A stretch of DNA of 13,591 bases from contig JAAFKJ010000076.1 of the NCBI GenBank assembly GCA_021399395.1, positions 1 through 13,591 on the forward strand. The letters are read 5' to 3'. The notes beneath the pieces were generated by a model. It ran no database searches. It was not told the origin of the DNA and was given only the letters and a program-made list of their open reading frames with translations. The stretch is from Candidatus Heimdallarchaeota archaeon. Lineage in GTDB: Archaea > Asgardarchaeota > Heimdallarchaeia > Heimdallarchaeales > Heimdallarchaeaceae. The position numbers and the translations under genes are program-made. Shown here one piece after another: positions 8,271-13,591 of this stretch. The number at the start of each line of letters is the position of its first letter. Positions within the stretch are counted from its first letter, which is position 1.

Positions 8271-9314
8271 TTGAGGTCTAATACTACTAAAAAAATACTA
8301 TCGCTTTTTCTTATATCTGCAGTATTTTTGCTGATGGCCTACTCTGGAGTAGTTGCAAAGACCTCATCAACTGATGAAGATTTTATAATTCATCAAGAAC
8401 TTGCTCTTATTAGGTCTCATACAACTTCAATTGATATTTATCAACCAAACCAAATCTCGATTCAAGAATTATTCGTTGTAGAAAATACAGAATCTATTAA
8501 CATGTCATACATTGACTTATGGTTTAATACATCTTTAAGCACGCTAATTGTTGAAGATGGTGAAGGGTCGCTAAATTATAACTGGAATGTTATATCTAAT
8601 AGTAGTAATTCAGTGAGAGTAAATTTCCGAACAGAACTAGAGCAAAACGATACTGCTTCTTTTACAGTAAAATATGATTTGACTTCTTTTCTAATTCCTA
8701 TTGGAGAAGATCCTGCTTATTATTCTTTTGAGTTTTACTCAACAATATCTTATCTAACAAATTCATACAAAATGATAATCTATTTACCTGAAAAAAGTTT
8801 CATGCATGAATTCGAAGATAGTACACCTGCAATCTATCCAAACAACTCTACTCAGATTTTGGAGAAAAACAGGATAAAAACAACTTGGGTTCTAGACAAT
8901 TTAGCTCCTGAGGCTAATCCATTTTTCTTGATTAGATTTGATGAGCCTATAGTTTCTGAAGAACCTCTCACATTTTGGGAGAAAGGTTCAACCATGTTTC
9001 TTATCGGTCTTATAGTTGGAATTTTCATTGGTATTAGTGGAATATCTTGGCTAATAAGATACAGAGAAAAGAAGGCAATGAAGAAGATAGGAATGACTCT
9101 TTTGACCGATAATCAAAAATCTTTGATTAAAATCATATATGACAAACGAGGGAAAGTGAGTCAAAAAGAATTATGTGATCTCACAGGTTACAGTAAATCA
9201 AAAATTTCTAGAAATCTTGTACCTCTAGAATTGAGAGGTTTGATAAAACGAGAAAAATGGGGTCGCACCTACGTCATATACCTCACCGACGATGGTAGAA
9301 CTGTTATCGAATAA
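8271..9314 (+). CDS. Membrane-anchored winged helix-turn-helix transcriptional regulator (COG2512-like) with an extracellular beta-rich domain
   Basis: N-terminal signal peptide (KKILSLFLISAVFLLMA..VVA). About 200-aa beta-rich domain with sequons NMS/NTS/NSS/NDT/NNS. TM helix MFLIGLIVGIFIGISGISWLI. C-terminal wHTH SQKELCDLTGYSKSKISRNLVPLELRGLIKREKWGRTYVIYL. TTG start. Confidence 0.85.
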   Translation: MRSNTTKKILSLFLISAVFLLMAYSGVVAKTSSTDEDFIIHQELALIRSHTTSIDIYQPNQISIQELFVVENTESINMSYIDLWFNTSLSTLIVEDGEGSLNYNWNVISNSSNSVRVNFRTELEQNDTASFTVKYDLTSFLIPIGEDPAYYSFEFYSTISYLTNSYKMIIYLPEKSFMHEFEDSTPAIYPNNSTQILEKNRIKTTWVLDNLAPEANPFFLIRFDEPIVSEEPLTFWEKGSTMFLIGLIVGIFIGISGISWLIRYREKKAMKKIGMTLLTDNQKSLIKIIYDKRGKVSQKELCDLTGYSKSKISRNLVPLELRGLIKREKWGRTYVIYLTDDGRTVIE

Positions 9315-9315
9315 T

Positions 9316-9346
9316 CGTTGCCAACCGTTGCAAACTGGTGTGAAAC
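9316..9346. repeat. 10-bp tandem palindromic repeat, candidate operator
   Basis: CGTTGCCAAC / CGTTGCAAAC / TGGTGTGAAAC. GC-rich relative to the neighbouring intergenic DNA, and starts 2 bp after the regulator stop codon. Confidence 0.6.
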
Positions 9347-9403
9347 GGCCCAATATCCGATATCTCATATACTATCGTTCTCAATGTTAGTTAGGTATTA
9401 ACA

Positions 9404-10459
9404 ATGAAAACAATACACAAATTCCTGATGGTCGGATTTATCTCATTGTTCGTCTTATCTTCTGTTTCAAATGCAGTGGCAATGCCACCTGCTGAAGGAA
9501 AAGTAGAGAACAAAGATGGATCTATGTTCATTAAGACTCCTTATCTTACAGTTAAGCTTAATGAATACAAACCTGACATATTCTTCTGGTTAGCAGATGA
9601 AGATCCAGGTAGACGAGATGCTACAATGTTTCATATAGGATTCTACTCCATAGCTGAAGTTTTTGGTGATGATCTAATAGTTGATAATCGAGATGAACTT
9701 CTAGGTGGAAAAATGTATAATTTGGCCTCTTCTACAATAGACTGGTCTATTACAACTGAAAATACTACTAACGAAATAGTAGCTACACAAACTTCCTCAG
9801 TTCTAGATAATGGTGCAACAATATCCTTTGTTTATCATATCTATCTTGAAGACGTAGTCGTTACTCAAGATTTGAATGGTACTGAGGTTACTTATAATGT
9901 TAAAGGACTCAAAGAGATTAAATTTGACATTATCGTCGATAACTGGACTTTCTCTCCTGGAGCAGCTGGTTTATTATTCAATGTCAAAGTACATGAGAAC
10001 CAGTATAGACACAGAGTTCAAAATGGTGAACAAGTTAGCCAACCTGAAGATGCTATAAGAATTAACAACACTGACGAATTCTCAGCTAATAGAACCCAAG
10101 ACTATACAAGAGATGGTATAGGTTTCAATGATAACAAAGATAATCTCATTGCATACTTTGCTTGGACTCCAGTAGCTGATGTTTTTGATCAAGATGATAA
10201 TTATCTTGAAACTGTTAATGTAACAGCAACTGCAACAAGTTTTGGATATGACATGACTTACGGTCAAGGACGTGAATTCTGTCAAGAATACATCAATCTA
10301 CAATTAGTATATCCTAACTATGGTGATGGATTAGTTTTAATTCATGATCCAGTGTTGGGTGTTGGTGACGCTAGCGGAGTTAGTGCAACTTTGATAGCAC
10401 TCTTAGCAATCCCTCTTCTAGCTGCAGCAGCTTTAGTTATTAGGCGTAAAAGAGCTTAA
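9404..10459 (+). CDS. Secreted, C-terminally membrane-anchored beta-rich cell-surface protein (function unknown)
   Basis: Signal peptide ending NAVA; sequons NTT/NGT/NWT/NNT/NRT/NVT; motifs EIKFDIIVDNWTF and LIHDPVLGV; TM helix LIALLAIPLLAAAALVI followed by RRKRA. SD-like AGGT at 9393-9396. Confidence 0.85.
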   Translation: MKTIHKFLMVGFISLFVLSSVSNAVAMPPAEGKVENKDGSMFIKTPYLTVKLNEYKPDIFFWLADEDPGRRDATMFHIGFYSIAEVFGDDLIVDNRDELLGGKMYNLASSTIDWSITTENTTNEIVATQTSSVLDNGATISFVYHIYLEDVVVTQDLNGTEVTYNVKGLKEIKFDIIVDNWTFSPGAAGLLFNVKVHENQYRHRVQNGEQVSQPEDAIRINNTDEFSANRTQDYTRDGIGFNDNKDNLIAYFAWTPVADVFDQDDNYLETVNVTATATSFGYDMTYGQGREFCQEYINLQLVYPNYGDGLVLIHDPVLGVGDASGVSATLIALLAIPLLAAAALVIRRKRA

Positions 10460-10483
10460 TACTCTTTTCTTTTCTTTTTTTCT
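10460..10483 (+). terminator. Oligo-T terminator
   Basis: TACTCTTTTCTTTTCTTTTTTTCT directly after the stop. Confidence 0.65.
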
Positions 10484-10486
10484 CAC

Positions 10487-10496
10487 AAATATTATA
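10487..10496 (+). promoter_or_regulatory. Putative TATA box for the 10537 gene
   Basis: AAATATTATA about 40 bp upstream of the ATG. The identical decamer occurs at 11554-11563 upstream of the next gene. Confidence 0.45.
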
Positions 10497-10498
10497 AC

Positions 10499-10533
10499 AA
10501 TATTAATTTATTAGAAATCTAATAATTAATATT
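10499..10533. repeat. AT-rich near-perfect 16-bp inverted repeat
   Basis: AATATTAATTTATTAGA-AA-TCTAATAATTAATATT (one bulged T), ending 3 bp before ATG 10537. Confidence 0.6.
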
Positions 10534-10536
10534 AAT

Positions 10537-11523
10537 ATGAATAAAACAAATAAATTTCTGACCATCATATTATTGGGTTTTTTGGTTGGCTCTTTAGTAA
10601 ATTCAGCTCTTACTTATGGTGCAGTTGCATCTGATAGTTTGGTTCTAACAAAAGGCGATTATACCAAAGGACAATATCTATACTCCAACACTACAGTAAA
10701 TAATCTTCTACTTGCTTACATAGATGTAGAGGTAGTAGATAGATTTATACCAGGAAGTAGCGCTTATGAATTTGTAGCTATTCAGGTTACTATAGATTTT
10801 ATTGAAGATTTCTTAGATTTTGAACCATATGATTACCTGCAATATACCAGCTTGATATTCGCTCATAATAGAACTACTTTTTTGCCAACTGCTCAACTGA
10901 AATTTGCGAATGCAACTTATTCTGAGGAAGGTAACTTGCTTCATGAAACAGACATTAATGAACTCACTAACCTTGATAATACTAATGTTACGCTAGGTGA
11001 TTTTTCAGCTATATATGGTGATTTGGACATAGCTGATCCACATTACGCAGCTGTAGACAATTTCATGTTTAGTTTCGCAATGTTCAACGCTATTATGTTT
11101 ATGTATTTTCCATTCACAATTCTAGCAATATCTCCTACAGCTAATGATGGAGATACAATAAGCTTTGAGGCAACAGAAGGACTATGTCATGGTAACCAAA
11201 CAATATATGATACTAATTTAGATACTCATAACTCCATACACGTAGAATATCATACAACATTCGTGTTTATTTTTGATGATTTGGATAATGTAAATGTCTT
11301 CTATCATGAGACATCTGGGTTAATTCTAAGATCAGTAGAAATGGATACGGCTTCAAATGCAAACTATGAATTTCGACCTACTGATATTAATTGTGCTCAA
11401 GATGTTGTGTCACCTACACCCACTGATGATAATAACCGCACTTTGCCGTTCCCCTATCTGAGTGTAGCAATAGCTTTGACAATTTTAAGTATAGTTTCTT
11501 ACAGTTATCGAAAGAAGAAGTAA
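10537..11523 (+). CDS. Secreted acidic cell-surface protein with a C-terminal TM anchor / possible sorting signal
   Basis: Signal peptide; sequons NTT/NRT/NAT/NVT/NQT; Pro/Thr linker SPTPTDD; then TLPFP, a TM helix and a basic tail RKKK. Confidence 0.82.
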   Translation: MNKTNKFLTIILLGFLVGSLVNSALTYGAVASDSLVLTKGDYTKGQYLYSNTTVNNLLLAYIDVEVVDRFIPGSSAYEFVAIQVTIDFIEDFLDFEPYDYLQYTSLIFAHNRTTFLPTAQLKFANATYSEEGNLLHETDINELTNLDNTNVTLGDFSAIYGDLDIADPHYAAVDNFMFSFAMFNAIMFMYFPFTILAISPTANDGDTISFEATEGLCHGNQTIYDTNLDTHNSIHVEYHTTFVFIFDDLDNVNVFYHETSGLILRSVEMDTASNANYEFRPTDINCAQDVVSPTPTDDNNRTLPFPYLSVAIALTILSIVSYSYRKKK

Positions 11524-11548
11524 TATTTCTTCTCTTTTTTTATTTTTC
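11524..11548 (+). terminator. Oligo-T terminator
   Basis: TATTTCTTCTCTTTTTTTATTTTTC after the stop. Confidence 0.6.
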
Positions 11549-11552
11549 AAGT

Positions 11553-11568
11553 AAAATATTATATATAA
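11553..11568 (+). promoter_or_regulatory. Putative TATA box for the sulfotransferase gene
   Basis: AAAATATTATATATAA about 45 bp upstream of ATG 11610. Confidence 0.5.
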
Positions 11569-11609
11569 CTTCATTCAATTTCCGTCTATTATAACTCTAA
11601 ACCCTCTCT

Positions 11610-12752
11610 ATGGTGAAATTAATGGACAAAGATAAGACATGGTTAATAGTTAAAGAAGAGCCTCTGGCTGGTTACTCTCTTCCAACTTTTCTCAGAGTTC
11701 TTTGGGATAATAAATTCCAAGTAGATTTGAAATATTTCTTGCGTTTTCTCTATGCAGTAGGGTTGATGATAATTGTAACTCCGCTTAGAGTTTTCCAGAA
11801 AATCAGGTTTCATAGAAAAATCAAAAAAACTAAAATTACAGAAGATCCTATATTCATAATTGGTCATTATAGAACAGGAACTACCTATCTGATGACTCTA
11901 ATGGCATATGATAAATCAAAGGGGTATGTTTCTAATGTTGAAGGGTATGCAACTCAATTTTATCTAGGTTTTCCTAAATTTACAAGATGGATTATTGAAT
12001 CTTCTCTTCCTGAAGTTAGACCTATGGATAATGTCATCATGGGTGCTGATGAGCCAACTGAGGAAGAATACTGTATTGGTACATACAGTCCTTATGGCTA
12101 TTATACAGGATTTATTTTTCCACGTAATTTCGATCTTTACTCAGATTTTCTAACCTTTGAAGGAATGCCTAAACACCATAACAAGTGGAGAAAGAAATAT
12201 CATTATTTGGTTCAAATGCTGACTTTGGGGCATGGTGGAAAACAACTTTTCTTAAAAAACCCAACACATAGTTATCGGATTAAAGACCTTGTGAAAATGT
12301 ATCCTAATGCAAAGTACATTCATACATACCGAGATCCTTACAAGGTTTATTCGAGTACAGTAAAATTCTTTGATGGAGTATTTGCCATCTACACTTTACA
12401 AAAATGGGATAAAGAAAAGATGAAGCAAGATATTCTGAAAAACTACAAACTTCTCTATGAATGCCAAGACAGAGATTTGCACCTTATACCAGAAGACAAA
12501 ATATTTCATGTAAAATATGAAGATTTCATAGAACAACCAGCTGAAATGATGGAACGCATCTACAAAGAACTAGAACTTGATGGGTGGGATGAGTATAAAG
12601 AACATATGATTGCATACGCTGAATCCCAGAAAAGAGAATATGTTCCTAACAATCATGCTACTGATGATGATGTGATCCGTAGAGTAAATGAACACTGGGA
12701 TGAATACAGAGAAAAATATGGTTACGAAAAATTAGAACCTAAGAAGAAATAG
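11610..12752 (+). CDS. PAPS-dependent sulfotransferase (Sulfotransfer_3 / Stf3-like)
   Basis: 5'-PSB loop PIFIIGHYRTGTTYL, RPMDN, PTEEE, LKNPTH, 3'-PB motif RDPYKVYSS, VKYEDF; hydrophobic N-terminal segment. Confidence 0.9.
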   Translation: MVKLMDKDKTWLIVKEEPLAGYSLPTFLRVLWDNKFQVDLKYFLRFLYAVGLMIIVTPLRVFQKIRFHRKIKKTKITEDPIFIIGHYRTGTTYLMTLMAYDKSKGYVSNVEGYATQFYLGFPKFTRWIIESSLPEVRPMDNVIMGADEPTEEEYCIGTYSPYGYYTGFIFPRNFDLYSDFLTFEGMPKHHNKWRKKYHYLVQMLTLGHGGKQLFLKNPTHSYRIKDLVKMYPNAKYIHTYRDPYKVYSSTVKFFDGVFAIYTLQKWDKEKMKQDILKNYKLLYECQDRDLHLIPEDKIFHVKYEDFIEQPAEMMERIYKELELDGWDEYKEHMIAYAESQKREYVPNNHATDDDVIRRVNEHWDEYREKYGYEKLEPKKK

Positions 12753-12893
12753 GGGTCTGTTGGATTTCTCTCTGATTTTTCATTCCCAAAGTATTTTTTG
12801 AGTGCTTCATTTGTTTCAGCACATTCTTATGAAAAACTCTAAATATCTTGCTCTTTACATTTGTATTGAAATAATTCTCCTAGTGATAAACCA

Positions 12894-13591
12894 ATGAAAA
12901 AAAAATTAACTACACTGATGTTTCTGATTATCTTTCTCGTTTCTTCTTCAATTCAGACAAACAGTAATGTTGTGCAAATTGAAGCAGATGATTCTTACGC
13001 TCCTTGGCATTTTATCGCTTTTGGAGATTCACGTAATTGGGATGAAAATATAACAAACGAAATCAGAAAGTCTGTTTTCGAAGATGTTATGTTAAGTAAT
13101 CCTAATCTTGAATTTATTCTTCATTCTGGTGATATGGCATATAATGGTGGAGAACAAGATGATTGGAATAGATATTATGAAGATATAGATCTGCTTGTTC
13201 AGAATGATATTCAGTTCTACTATGCTGTAGGAAACCATGAGATGTATACTTATAGATTCCCTAATGGAACTTATGGACCTCTGGATATGGATTTTTCGAC
13301 ATATATGGCAAATGTTGAGATGCCAGGTAATGAACGATTTTATAGCTTTGATTTCAATCAAATTCATTTCATTATTATTAACACCGAAGAATATTGGACC
13401 CATCCGGATGATTATGAATATGAGATTACACCAGAACAATATAGCTGGATTATTGATGATTTAGAGAGTAACAACAAATCTTTCACAATAGCAATGTTTC
13501 ATAGACCAAGTTATTCTGTTAGAAGTGAATCTCGAAATCAAGATTCTAGAGTGATAAGAGCTGTTTTGGAACCTATTTTAATAGACTATGG
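12894..13591 (+). CDS. Secreted calcineurin-like metallophosphoesterase (purple acid phosphatase-like), partial at the right edge
   Basis: Hand translation from ATG 12894: signal peptide MKKKLTTLMFLIIFLVSSS, then FIAFGDSR, ILHSGDMAY, AVGNHE, FYSFD and AMFHRP. No stop before the window end. Absent from the ORF track. Confidence 0.9.
   Translation, partial: MKKKLTTLMFLIIFLVSSSIQTNSNVVQIEADDSYAPWHFIAFGDSRNWDENITNEIRKSVFEDVMLSNPNLEFILHSGDMAYNGGEQDDWNRYYEDIDLLVQNDIQFYYAVGNHEMYTYRFPNGTYGPLDMDFSTYMANVEMPGNERFYSFDFNQIHFIIINTEEYWTHPDDYEYEITPEQYSWIIDDLESNNKSFTIAMFHRPSYSVRSESRNQDSRVIRAVLEPILIDY

Noticed and set aside
9316-9346. Tandem repeat as a mini-CRISPR or VNTR
   Set aside because: The units are only 10 bp, with no spacers and no cas genes; an operator is the better explanation.
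12750-12893. TAGGGGTCTGTTGGA after the sulfotransferase stop resembles an IS5-family end
   Set aside because: There is no matching inverted terminus, target duplication or transposase in the window.
13092-13464. ORFs 13092-13439 (-) and 13237-13464 (+)
   Set aside because: Both overlap the metallophosphoesterase frame starting at 12894, which has clear catalytic motifs.

Overview
AT-rich (roughly one-third GC by eye), gene-dense archaeal chromosomal window. The archaeal assignment rests on the PoK/PPS route of CoA synthesis, an archaeal-type CoaBC, TATA-like promoters and oligo-T terminators. Asgard/Heimdallarchaeia is a plausible but unproven source. Left part: the 3' end of a probable S9 peptidase, an orphan CcrM/M.HinfI-like beta-class DNA methyltransferase without the CcrM C-terminal domain, a Nudix hydrolase, and a GDCCVxC Cys-rich protein divergent from a ferritin. 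Middle: a five-gene CoA biosynthesis cluster (coaBC, panE, pantoate kinase, panB, phosphopantothenate synthetase) and an atypical alpha/beta hydrolase. Right: a cell-surface block containing a membrane-anchored winged-HTH regulator with an extracellular domain, a 10-bp tandem palindromic operator-like repeat, two secreted C-terminally anchored glycoprotein-like genes, a sulfotransferase, and a 5'-partial secreted metallophosphoesterase that the ORF track misses. The best candidate for an undescribed system is the transmembrane regulator + operator + surface protein module (8271-10459). No rRNA, tRNA, CRISPR array or intact mobile element was recognised.
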